From Candidatus Latescibacterota bacterium (lineage in GTDB: Bacteria; Latescibacterota; UBA2968; UBA8231), in contig CBDAOB010000005.1 in NCBI GenBank assembly GCA_965197905.1, positions 1,472,001 to 1,536,000 on the forward strand: a stretch of DNA of 64,000 nucleotides, given 5' to 3'. The number at the start of each line of letters is the position of its first letter. The stretch's first letter is position 1. Below, one piece after another: positions 1 to 9,117 of the stretch. Below the pieces are notes generated by a model. The model saw only the letters and a program-made list of their open reading frames with translations, was not told the DNA's origin and did not search any database. The position numbers and the translations under genes were made by a program.

Positions 1-476
1 AGCAGAGCGTGGCAACCCATGAAGCCAATCTGCACCCGCTCGACCGTCCGCTCGAGCGACAGGCCGTCGACGAGCTGGCAATCGATTCCGGGCGCGAAGA
101 AGCCGGTGCACGTTACGGTTATCAGGTGAGTGATCTCGCGCGGATGCACCATGGATTTGCGCAGGGCATCGGAGGCGACCCGAAGCGCCAGCGACCCCGC
201 GTGCCTTTCGTACCTGCACATTCGGGCTTCGGTGGACGGGCCCCGGTCCTTCGGGCCTGCCCGGAGCGGGTAGAAGTCGTAGTTCATTGACCCGCCGGTC
301 TCGTCCAGGAGGACGCTGCCCCGCGCCCGAATCCTGGTCCTCTTGTAAAGTACCTTGAGCATCCGCTCCTGCTCCGGGGCGTTCGCCGATAGGGACAGCG
401 CATGGTCCGCGCTCGCCAGCTGATCGATTGAGTGCGCCGAAGACGCGGAAGCCACCGCCAGTATTCTGAGGGCCAT
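1..476 (-). CDS. Type III polyketide synthase (chalcone/stilbene synthase family), N-terminal part, runs off the left edge
   Basis: Not in the ORF track. Manual translation from ATG at 476: MALRILAVASAS...LYKRTRIRARGSVL...GPSTEARMCRY...ITHLITVTCTGFFAPGID...VERVQIGFMGCHAL. TCTG..APG.D and GFMGC (catalytic Cys) are type III PKS hallmarks. Confidence 0.93.
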   Translation of the reverse strand, partial: MALRILAVASASSAHSIDQLASADHALSLSANAPEQERMLKVLYKRTRIRARGSVLLDETGGSMNYDFYPLRAGPKDRGPSTEARMCRYERHAGSLALRVASDALRKSMVHPREITHLITVTCTGFFAPGIDCQLVDGLSLERTVERVQIGFMGCHAL

Positions 477-479
477 GCG

Positions 480-1629
480 CTAGAGCCTTTCGATAAGGGG
501 ACGGTTGAAGCTCGCGACGACCGGCCGCGTCCACCCCGGTGCCATTGCTATCATGTGGATCAGCATACTCGTGATCGAGGGCCGACCAAGCAGGTTCCGA
601 AGGATTCGACAAACGGGCTGGCGTCCTACGATTTTCCGGCGGTGGATCCTCTCCCACTCGACGAGGAGCGATTCGGACCAGCGATCGCGGGCTGCTGCCG
701 CGAGTGGCGCCACCCGCAGCGCCGAATTCAGTGCCCAGGACATGCCTTCGCCTGTGAAGGGCTCCACGTACCCGGTGGCATCGCCCACCAGGAACATCCG
801 CCGCCTGGCGTGAATCCTGCGGCGACGCGTCAGGTACGGTGTGCCCCGGATACCCCGGACAATCTCAAACCCCGCCAGAACTCCCTCCCGCTCCAGGATA
901 CCACGGAGGACCGCTTCCGGCGTCGACCCAACGAGCGCCCTGCGATCGACCGCTGCAGCGACGTCCACAAGCCCATCTTCCAGGCGGACCATGCCCACAT
1001 ATCCCTCAGAGGCCACCGTCATCCGGATCTCACCGACCCGGAGTTCCGATGCCGGCACCGCCGCGAGAACCCCGCGCCCGATCTTCGAGTCCGGTGCGAC
1101 GACCGAGGAGAAGCATGGGTGCCCCCGGAGAAACCCTCCGTCGAGACCATCCGCGGCGAGCACAACGCGTGCATGCACCTTCGAGGGCGGAGTCCCGCCC
1201 GCCCTCGGTTTCAGATCGACGAGCCAGCCTTCCGCCTGCTCCGCACCCAGTCGCGCGAGGGTGGCCGGTCGAAAGACGGTCCCTGCCCGCTGTGCCTCCC
1301 GCACCAGGGCGGCGTCGAGGGCTCGTCGCGAGACCGCGTAGCCCGATGGGAGCGAGATGTGCGCACGCCGCCCGTAGCCGCGAAGATCGAGCGTGTCCAG
1401 TTGGTGGGCACCGAGGCCATCGAGAAGCCCACCCAGCCCCGACTGTTCCAGGGCGTCCAGCGCCGCGCCGTTGAGGCAGCCGCCGCAGACCTTGTCGCGG
1501 GGAAACGTGCACCGGTCAACGAGGAGTACCGACAAGCCCCTGCCCGCTAGCAGTCGCGCCTGCTGGCCCCGCTCCCGCCACGAACGCGTCCCAGTATTCA
1601 CTGGGATTCCCATTCCGCTCAGTTGCCAT
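480..1629 (-). pseudogene. FAD-dependent oxidoreductase (geranylgeranyl reductase/FixC-like), frameshifted near 1560
   Basis: ATG at 1629 gives MATERNGNPSEYWDAFVAGAGPAG (GxGxxG), but that frame stops soon after. The body (ARLLAGRGLSVLLVDRCTFPRDKVCGG...LAADG...VGDATGYVEPFTGEGM) is in another frame. Either a real lesion or an assembly indel. Confidence 0.8.
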
Positions 1630-2383
1630 TTGTGCTCTGCGGTGCCCACGACAGCAGCAACCGGTACGGCCAGCGCCGCGTGGAGCGGACGCCCCGAAGG
1701 TCCGCGAGGATCGACATCGCGATCGTCTCTTCGAGCGAGAAGGCAGCCCGTACCGAGAGCAGGGCGTCCGAGTGCACGATCGGCGAGCGGGTGAACGCGC
1801 GACTCGCTACGCCCGCCAAGAGAAGCCCCCGGGTTGATCGCTCCAGGTCATGGACCACGAACCCGCGCCGGGCAGTGCGAGCCATTTCCCGAAACAGCCT
1901 GACCACCTGTCCGTCAGCCAGGTGATGCAGGAAGAGGCTGGACACGAAGTAGTCGTATCCACACGGCAGCGGCCCCTCGAGAATGTCACGGGCGAAGAAT
2001 CGGCACGCCGGAGTCGAGCGGGGGAATTGCCGGTTCGCGAACTCGACAGCGCGACCACTCCTGTCGCAGCCGTCGAACTCGAACGGCATTCCGTCCCGTG
2101 CCGCCAGCGCCGCGAGTCGCCGAGTAATGTCCCCGCTCCCGCACGCGAGGTCCAGCACCCGAACAGGCCCTCCGCCTCCGTTGTGTCTGACCTCCATGCC
2201 CGCCAGCGCAGCCCAGAGCCCATCCGCCGTTCGACTCAGTCGGTTAAGACGTGCCAGCCTCCGTAGCGCCTGGATGTGCGACGAGGCGTCCAGGGCCCGG
2301 TCGTCCATGCGCTCATCGGCCCGCTGCCGGCGTTCAAGTGCCCAGTTGGGCGCCAGCCGATCTCTCCAGCGGACGTTCCTCAT
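1619..2383 (-). CDS. Class I SAM-dependent methyltransferase, type III PKS-associated
   Basis: ERMDD...LARLNRL, VLDLACGSGD (motif I), SSLFLHHL, VVHDLER, DALLSVRAAF. Start chosen at ATG 2383; the ORF track extends to 2539. Confidence 0.88.
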   Translation of the reverse strand: MRNVRWRDRLAPNWALERRQRADERMDDRALDASSHIQALRRLARLNRLSRTADGLWAALAGMEVRHNGGGGPVRVLDLACGSGDITRRLAALAARDGMPFEFDGCDRSGRAVEFANRQFPRSTPACRFFARDILEGPLPCGYDYFVSSLFLHHLADGQVVRLFREMARTARRGFVVHDLERSTRGLLLAGVASRAFTRSPIVHSDALLSVRAAFSLEETIAMSILADLRGVRSTRRWPYRLLLSWAPQSTNGN

Positions 2384-2586
2384 GCGCTGCCGGCCTCCAG
2401 TGTTTCGCGCGACACACAGACTCCTCAGAATTGGTTGGATCATAGAATGATCAAAGTACCAAGTCTGTAGGGCAGATTCAATTAGGGAATTACTATATTC
2501 CAGGAGTGCTTGTAAGAAAACCATTTTGCGGGACGACACGTGGATGTGTTTATCAGCGAGAACAAACTACGTACAAGGAGGCCAAA

Positions 2587-3348
2587 ATGAGATTGATGCT
2601 GGCGGGGTGCGAGTACTCTGGAACGACGACTCTGTCCTACGCGATAACAAAGTGGGCCAGGGAAAATATGGGCGCGCGCATCGGCTTTCACGACCACTGG
2701 AAGCTACCGCATATCAACCACCCACCAATCCACACGCAGGCGGCTTTGGACGAGGTATTCGAGGCATGGTCCGAGGGACGGGGAGAGGATCCTACCTATT
2801 CAGGCCTGACTCCGCATGAGCAGGAGCTCTTCAACGCCCTGACTCCGACGATAAAGGAGTGCTTTCAGCGATACCATAGGGAGTACCACATAAGTCAGGA
2901 CTTCTACGCTCAGCCGGACCACAACCTGATCGGGATGCACTATGATGAAGCTGTGTACGCGCCGCTGTACTACGGCTATGGAGGGCCAGGCCAGTATGCC
3001 GATCGGGAGCTAGTCGCCCGTCATACTGAGGAAGCGATTATGAAGGCTGCGCCCGATACTGTGCTCGTCCTGCTGAAGGCGCCGCCCGAAGTCATTGCCG
3101 GGCGGATGAAGGAATCCCCCCACCCTCATGCCGTAGTTCAGGAGAAGGACATTGAATACGTGCAGGAGAGGTTTGAGGACCAGTACGAGAGGTCGCTAAT
3201 AGGGAGCAAGTTCACAGTCGACACCGGCACACCGACTATTGAGGAGTCGCTATCGGAGTTCGTCAGCAAGTATGAGCCGCTTTTGATCGACACCGACCGT
3301 ACGCGAATACTGGTCCACAAGGCTAGGCAGAGGGGTGAATGGGTCTAA
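2587..3348 (+). CDS. P-loop nucleoside/nucleotide kinase-like protein with a degenerate Walker A
   Basis: AAGGAG RBS then ATG 2587. MRLMLAGCEYSGTTT (Walker A-like, K replaced by T); PDTVLVLLKAPPEVIAGRM lid and VDTG..TIEES resemble thymidylate/deoxynucleoside kinases. Confidence 0.6.
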   Translation: MRLMLAGCEYSGTTTLSYAITKWARENMGARIGFHDHWKLPHINHPPIHTQAALDEVFEAWSEGRGEDPTYSGLTPHEQELFNALTPTIKECFQRYHREYHISQDFYAQPDHNLIGMHYDEAVYAPLYYGYGGPGQYADRELVARHTEEAIMKAAPDTVLVLLKAPPEVIAGRMKESPHPHAVVQEKDIEYVQERFEDQYERSLIGSKFTVDTGTPTIEESLSEFVSKYEPLLIDTDRTRILVHKARQRGEWV

Positions 3349-3712
3349 CTGGCTCAAGCGAGAAGGGAGGGATATGACAATGGCAAGCACTTCTGAGCTA
3401 GCGAGAGCCCTTTCTCTTCACCACACGACACTCCGTCGCTGCTGGGCAATCTCTGGAGAATGTCGTTCGCATGAGATAAGGCGGTGTAGTGTCGAGTATG
3501 ACCGCGAGCCAATACCATCTGATTGTCTCTACGAACGGATGGATCTGGAACAACGACCGCAGCACCGACGAGATTCTCGACTGGTTGCGGTCCCGAGATC
3601 CGGCGGAGCGCGAAGAGATCGACATCAGTGCTACCGATTCGGTCATCCACTTTAGGATTAACTCGAAGCTACGCTGCACCTCGAATCAAGTCGCCTGAAT
3701 CAAGATTGAGAC

Positions 3713-5314
3713 ATGAGTGACGCTGCCGTCCCCACCTTCTACGGCCGCCTGAAGGATGTGAACACCACGAACATCGGGGCCGCGATCCGGTTGGGGTGCC
3801 AGACGATGCAAAGTGTGTTCAACGCCGATGACAACGACATTCCCTTCTTCGGTTCATCGGTTCGGCCGCAGGCACACTTATCGTTTTGTGATTCGGCCAG
3901 CGAGCGCCACGTCCCTGGGCGGCATTTGAACGCACTACTGAATGCCGAGGATGCGGTGGGAGTCGAGCTGGACGAATCGGCCGTGCAGAAGCACGCGCAT
4001 GCGGCGTATTTCTCGTTCAGCGGTCCGTTGGTCGCGCCATTAAATCGGAAGCGTATTGACGGGCCGCTATGCCGGTTCGACACGCACAGTTTGCGTGAAG
4101 GTATGCACGCGCTTTATGCCTTGGTGAAGTACCGCGGAGACGAGCGTGCGCACGAGCTGGCTGAGGCGTGTATCGCCACCGTCCTGGAGCTTTGGACGCC
4201 TCAATACGGCTGGGACATCGCACGCTGCCGCGACAAGTACGGCCTGGAACCGGAGGAACAAACCTTGATCAGCGGATTGGCGCGGGTCCTGGGTCCGCTG
4301 GTCAAGTATTTCCGCGTCACGCACTCTGACGCTGCGCTGGAATTAGCGCTGATACTGAAAGAAACCCTGCTGGCCGACGCGTTCGTTGCAGACGGTTATT
4401 ACGACCGCCAGGTGCACGGCACACACACACACTCGACTACGTGCGTGATGTCGTCGCTGGCTCAATTGGCTGAGTTGACGAGTGACTCGGCGTTGCTGCA
4501 ACGGATCAAGGTGTTCTACGATCGCGGCCTGCCTCAGTTCAGCGACCAATTGGGCTGGGTTATTGAGAACAGCGACCTGGAGCGCGAAGACATCAACACA
4601 GATCGGGGCGAAGTCAACAACACGGGTGATATCGTCGAGACGGCCTTGATCCTGGCTCGATGGGGTTATATCGAGTACTTCGAGGCAGCGGAGCGGATCC
4701 TGAGGTGCCATTTGCTTCCGTCACAGTTGCGTGACACCGCGTTCATCGTCGACCCGCCGAACCCGGACAATTTGGACGGGCTGGGTAATGTGGCCGACCG
4801 GCATCGGGGGGCGGTCGGCGGACCCGCACCCTACGGGCACCAGCCGCTCGGCCGCGAGCAGATCAACTTCAACATGGACATTGTGGGTGGGGCCGTGGGG
4901 TCCCTGTGCGAGGCGTATCGGGACGCGACTCTTTTCGTCGACACGGGGCATCACGTTAACCTGCTGTTCGATCACGAGACGGAAGCCATCAAGGTCGAGT
5001 CTAATTACACCCACACGACGGTGCGGGTGACGCTCAAGCGGCCGGGGCCTTTGTGGGTGCGAATTCCGTCGTGGGTGGGGCGGGATCAGATGGAGGTGCA
5101 AGGTGCCGCCGGTCCGCGTTTCGTCAGCTCAACGCTGTTTGTCGCCCACCAACCGGTCGGCCAGCCGTTGACGCTGGGTTATGAACTTCCGACCCGCAAC
5201 GTCGTGCTGCGCCATCGCACACGTGACATCCGCGTGCGCCTTTGTGGTGATGCAGTGGAGGCAATGGACAACTTCGGGACCGATTTGACCTACTTCAATC
5301 CACTGCCGGACTGA
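3713..5314 (+). CDS. Glycoside hydrolase-like protein, GH127/(alpha/alpha)6-barrel-like
   Basis: 533 aa. HTHS, GEVNNTGDIVETALILARWG...AERILRCHLLPSQ, HVNLLF and LWVRIPSW resemble GH127-like architecture (helical barrel plus C-terminal beta sandwich). Confidence 0.55.
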   Translation: MSDAAVPTFYGRLKDVNTTNIGAAIRLGCQTMQSVFNADDNDIPFFGSSVRPQAHLSFCDSASERHVPGRHLNALLNAEDAVGVELDESAVQKHAHAAYFSFSGPLVAPLNRKRIDGPLCRFDTHSLREGMHALYALVKYRGDERAHELAEACIATVLELWTPQYGWDIARCRDKYGLEPEEQTLISGLARVLGPLVKYFRVTHSDAALELALILKETLLADAFVADGYYDRQVHGTHTHSTTCVMSSLAQLAELTSDSALLQRIKVFYDRGLPQFSDQLGWVIENSDLEREDINTDRGEVNNTGDIVETALILARWGYIEYFEAAERILRCHLLPSQLRDTAFIVDPPNPDNLDGLGNVADRHRGAVGGPAPYGHQPLGREQINFNMDIVGGAVGSLCEAYRDATLFVDTGHHVNLLFDHETEAIKVESNYTHTTVRVTLKRPGPLWVRIPSWVGRDQMEVQGAAGPRFVSSTLFVAHQPVGQPLTLGYELPTRNVVLRHRTRDIRVRLCGDAVEAMDNFGTDLTYFNPLPD

Positions 5315-5348
5315 GTTGCATGGCAAGCTCCTTCCGGCGGGTGCGCCG

Positions 5349-6164
5349 CTAGTCACCTCGATGGATGGATAGAATTACATAACCTCCAGACCGTTTGTCC
5401 ATTTCCATTCTTAAAAGGCCGCGCTCTTCTGCCTCCTCCAAAAGGTCGCTGAATGACCGAAAGCCGTAGTTGCTCTCATTGAAGCCCGGTCGGCGACGTT
5501 TTAGCGTCTGCTTGATCATCGAACCCCAAACTCGATCCTCTTGCTCTCCGAACAGTCCCTCCGCCGTTTCCATGACAAGCTCGATCGCTTCCTCTTGTTT
5601 CTCCAGCTCGTCAACGCGTTCGTCTGAAGTTGTCGTCTTTTTCGCTTTGGCGGGCTGCTTACGCCGTGATTTTGTCGTGTCCTTGGCCCGCACAAGATCG
5701 TCGTAAAAGAGAAATTCATCACAGTTATTCATCAACAATTCGGAGGTACTATTCTTCGCACCAACGCCTATCACCAGCTTTGCATTTTCACGTAACTTGC
5801 TTACCAATGGCGAAAAATCAGAGTCGCCGCTGATGATCACAAAGGTATCGATGTGATCCTTCGTGTAGCAAAGATCCAATGCATCGACGACCATACGTAT
5901 ATCAGCGGAATTCTTCCCGGATTGTCGTGTATGAGGAATTTCAATCAATTCGAACGCCGCGTCATGCATGACGGGCTTGAAGTCCTTGTACCGTTCCCAA
6001 TCGCAGTAGGCCTTTTTTACGACGATGTTTCCCTTCAACAAGAGCCGCTCCAGTACGAGCTGCATATCGAACTCTGGAAATTTCGCGTCGCGAACACCGA
6101 GCGCGACGTTTTCGAAATCGCAGAATAGGGCCAGGTTGTTTTCAAGTTCCCTATTGTTGGACAT
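5349..6164 (-). CDS. NYN domain (LabA/DUF88, PIN-like) protein with C-terminal OST-HTH/LOTUS domain
   Basis: ALFCDFENV, KKAYCDW, GKNSADIRMVVDA, ISGDSDFSPLV, CDEF; C-terminal WGSMIKQTLKRRRPGFNESNYGFRSFSDLLE. Confidence 0.92.
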   Translation of the reverse strand: MSNNRELENNLALFCDFENVALGVRDAKFPEFDMQLVLERLLLKGNIVVKKAYCDWERYKDFKPVMHDAAFELIEIPHTRQSGKNSADIRMVVDALDLCYTKDHIDTFVIISGDSDFSPLVSKLRENAKLVIGVGAKNSTSELLMNNCDEFLFYDDLVRAKDTTKSRRKQPAKAKKTTTSDERVDELEKQEEAIELVMETAEGLFGEQEDRVWGSMIKQTLKRRRPGFNESNYGFRSFSDLLEEAEERGLLRMEMDKRSGGYVILSIHRGD

Positions 6165-6431
6165 AGATGGATCCCTTCTACGCCGCGGACTCAAACATCG
6201 CAAGTTTCCGCGAGCAATGGTGGTTGCAAGGATGTTGAGCAAATCGAACGATGAATAGTCGGGTCGTGAGGCACGATATGACTAAACATCTACCTGAAGC
6301 CGACAACCCGAATATAGTTCGAGACATACCGCCGGCGCCATGTGCAATGCCCGCTCTGTGCTCGGATTATTCTCATTGTCGTAAAGGGACGTATATTATT
6401 CAGGTCAGGAGGCAGGTGCTCCAGGGCGGAT

Positions 6432-6566
6432 TCTCATCCTGGCGTCCACCGAGCGACCTGGGATGGGATCGATACGCAGGGCAATGACGTAGCTACGCGG
6501 GTATACCTTGCCCAGCTTCGCGCAGGCTCGCGGTCGCAGATCCGCAAAATGCTGCTGCTGCGTTGA
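6432..6566 (+). pseudogene. Orphan fragment of a FlgD-Ig/T9SS-type C-terminal domain
   Basis: HPGVHRATWDGIDTQGNDVATRVYLAQLRAGSRSQIRKMLLLR* matches the WDG.D..G..V.SGVY...L......KM.LLR pattern. No PNPFN half and no cargo upstream. Confidence 0.7.
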
Positions 6567-6675
6567 ACTTATTTGGACCCTCAGGTATCGAAATCGCGAA
6601 CCGTTTTGACTCGTCGATGATTCGGATGCCGGCTGTGCATCCGGAGTCTTCCGACACAACCAGGGAGTATCCTAC

Positions 6676-7440
6676 ATGGACTCAGTCGTACTCGGCAACA
6701 CCGGTATAGAGGTTTCTCGCTTGTGTTTCGGCACGGGGACTTCGGGGTGGGATGGCGCGTCGGACCAGACCAGGTTGGGTACGCGTGAACTCGCCGACCT
6801 CCTGATCTACGCCCAAAGCAAGGGTGTAACTTTTTGGGATTTGGCTGATCAGTACGGTAGCCATCCGAACGCTGCGTTGGCGTTGCAGCAAGTAAACCGC
6901 TCGGACGTCGTCCTGACCAGCAAGACCTGCGCCAAGACTAGAGCGGAAGCGACGGCCGATATCGATCGGTTCCTCGGAGAAGCCAAAACCGACTACGTCG
7001 ACATCGTGCTCATGCACTGCCTCACGGTGAGCGACTGGCCTGAGCGTTTCGCCGGGGTCATGGAGGCGCTGTCCGACGCGAAGGAATCCGGCAGGATTCG
7101 TGCTCACGGTGTTTCCTGCCACGATTTCGATGCGTTTGAAGCCGCCTCGAACAACCCATGGGTGGATGTGGTGCTCGCCCGCATCAACTACGGGGGACAC
7201 CATATGGACGGCCCGCCGGAAAAGATAATCCCGGTGCTGGAGCGGATGGATCGCAATGGCAAGGGTGTGTACGGCATGAAGGTGGTTGGGCAGGGGAGGC
7301 TGGGCAAGGATGCACGCAACGCGATCCACTTCGTCTTGGATCTGCCGTGTGTGCATGCCATCACTATAGGTATGGTAAGCCGAGCAGAAGTAGATGAGAA
7401 CGTTGGTTGGGTGGAGGAGCACCAGTTGGTGCCGGCTTGA
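6676..7440 (+). CDS. Aldo/keto reductase
   Basis: LGNTGIEVSRLCFGT, FWDLADQYG, LTSK, TDYVDIVLMH, GRIRAHGVSCH, GVYGMK. Confidence 0.92.
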   Translation: MDSVVLGNTGIEVSRLCFGTGTSGWDGASDQTRLGTRELADLLIYAQSKGVTFWDLADQYGSHPNAALALQQVNRSDVVLTSKTCAKTRAEATADIDRFLGEAKTDYVDIVLMHCLTVSDWPERFAGVMEALSDAKESGRIRAHGVSCHDFDAFEAASNNPWVDVVLARINYGGHHMDGPPEKIIPVLERMDRNGKGVYGMKVVGQGRLGKDARNAIHFVLDLPCVHAITIGMVSRAEVDENVGWVEEHQLVPA

Positions 7441-7464
7441 TCCAAGGCTAGGGTTCCCCAACAT

Positions 7465-9117
7465 ATGCGCGTCAGGATCGATCTTAAGACCCCCATGCGT
7501 GACGGGGTGGAGCTTGCCGCCGATCTGTATTATCCCGAGCACGGCGAGCGGTTCCCGGTTCTACTCTTGCGCTCGCCCTACAGCACTCAATTCCCGCGGT
7601 ATATGCAGTGGATGAAACGCTTCGTCGGTGCGGGGTATGCGGTGTTTATGCAGGACTGTCGTGGACGGTATAAGTCGGAGGGCAAGTGGCGTCCCTATGT
7701 GGACGAGACCAATGACGGTTACGACACGCAGGAATGGATCGGGATACAGCCGTGGTGCGACGGTCATATCGGAATGTTTGGCAGTTCCTATCCTGGTTTC
7801 ACCCAGATCCTGCCGGCGACGCAGCGCAGCTCTTTCGTAAAGGGGCTCGTCCCCATGGCAAATCAGGAGGACAACTATGGCCACCTCCGGTGCGACGGGG
7901 TCCTACAATTACAAAACACGGTGAATTTCGTCTGGCTCGGCGACCGACTTAGACAGGAGGTGACCGGCGAGTTCTGCGAGCTGGAGGAGATTTATCGGCG
8001 ATTGCCACTGCAAACGGCCCTGGATGATCTGGCCGATCGACCGTTTTACCGGGAGGTGGTGCGTCACCCCAACTTTGATGATTTCTGGAAGTCCTACAGC
8101 ATGAAGGGCCGTTATCCCGAAGTAGACGTGCCGGCGTATTTCGTTACCGGCTGGTACGACAATCTGGTGCACGAAGGTTTCAAGTGTTTCACGGGCTGGA
8201 AGAGCCAAGCAGGGAACGAGGAAGCGCGGCGGCTGAGTCGCATGCTGATCGGTCCCTGGACCCATGGCCACATCGGCAGCGGGGAACGGTTTGGAGACAT
8301 CGAGTTTGGACCCGACGCCGAAACAGATATTCCGGGATTGCATCTGCGTTGGTACGATCAACGGATCCGCGGGTTGCACACGGGCATCGACGATGAGCCG
8401 CCGGTGCGCATCTTTGTAATGGGAGAGAACGTGTGGCGCAGCGAGAATGAGTGGCCGCTGGCGCGAACCCAGTTTACACGCTTCCATCTTCATAGCCGTG
8501 GTGGGGCGAATTCGTTGTTTGGTGATGGTGAGTTGACCATGGAAGTGCCGGGCAGTGAGCCCCCGGATCGTTTTGTTTATGATCCGGAAGATCCGGTGCC
8601 CACTCTCGGAGGACAGAGCATGTTTGCCGAGAGCACGGGCCCCCGGGATCGCCGTCCGGTTGAGCGCCGTGACGACGTGCTGGTTTACACGACGGCGCCG
8701 CTGACCTCCGATGTAGAGGTTACCGGCCCGGTTGAGCTGACGCTCTACGCCGCTTCCAGCGCTCCCGACACCGATTTTACCGCGACGCTTGTTGATGTGC
8801 ATCCAGGTGGCAAAGCGATCAACATCAGTGAAGGCATCGCGCGCGCGCGATTTCGCGAATCGTTCGAGGTGCCGACCGTGATCGAACCCGGTTCCACCTA
8901 CCGGTACCGAATCGAGATATGGGAGACCAGCAATCTCTTCAAGGCCGGACATCGCCTCCGCGTCGAGGTTTCCAGCAGCAACTTCCCCCGATTCGATCGT
9001 AACTTGAATACCGGACGAGACGGGGGAACCGATAGTATATTAGCGACGGCCGAGCAGACCATTTTTCACGACCATGAGCATCCCTCGCACGTAACCTTGC
9101 CGATCATTCCACGATGA
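7465..9117 (+). CDS. CocE/NonD family serine hydrolase
   Basis: MRDGVELAADLY, RSPY, QDCRGRYKSEG, GMFGSSYPG (GxSYxG), GWYD, IGPWTH, SSSNFPRFDRNLNTG. Confidence 0.95.
   Translation: MRVRIDLKTPMRDGVELAADLYYPEHGERFPVLLLRSPYSTQFPRYMQWMKRFVGAGYAVFMQDCRGRYKSEGKWRPYVDETNDGYDTQEWIGIQPWCDGHIGMFGSSYPGFTQILPATQRSSFVKGLVPMANQEDNYGHLRCDGVLQLQNTVNFVWLGDRLRQEVTGEFCELEEIYRRLPLQTALDDLADRPFYREVVRHPNFDDFWKSYSMKGRYPEVDVPAYFVTGWYDNLVHEGFKCFTGWKSQAGNEEARRLSRMLIGPWTHGHIGSGERFGDIEFGPDAETDIPGLHLRWYDQRIRGLHTGIDDEPPVRIFVMGENVWRSENEWPLARTQFTRFHLHSRGGANSLFGDGELTMEVPGSEPPDRFVYDPEDPVPTLGGQSMFAESTGPRDRRPVERRDDVLVYTTAPLTSDVEVTGPVELTLYAASSAPDTDFTATLVDVHPGGKAINISEGIARARFRESFEVPTVIEPGSTYRYRIEIWETSNLFKAGHRLRVEVSSSNFPRFDRNLNTGRDGGTDSILATAEQTIFHDHEHPSHVTLPIIPR

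Noticed and set aside
432..1550. 372-aa plus-strand ORF and other long overlapping ORFs (6682-7542, 7909-8952, 21865-22878, 48515-49762, 50790-51719, 54872-55924)
   Set aside because: Antisense shadows of well-supported genes in GC-rich DNA; no motifs.
3349..3712. Short ORFs between the kinase-like and GH127-like genes
   Set aside because: Part looks coding (DEILDWLRSRDPAEREEID), but there is no consistent frame, start or family. At most a remnant.
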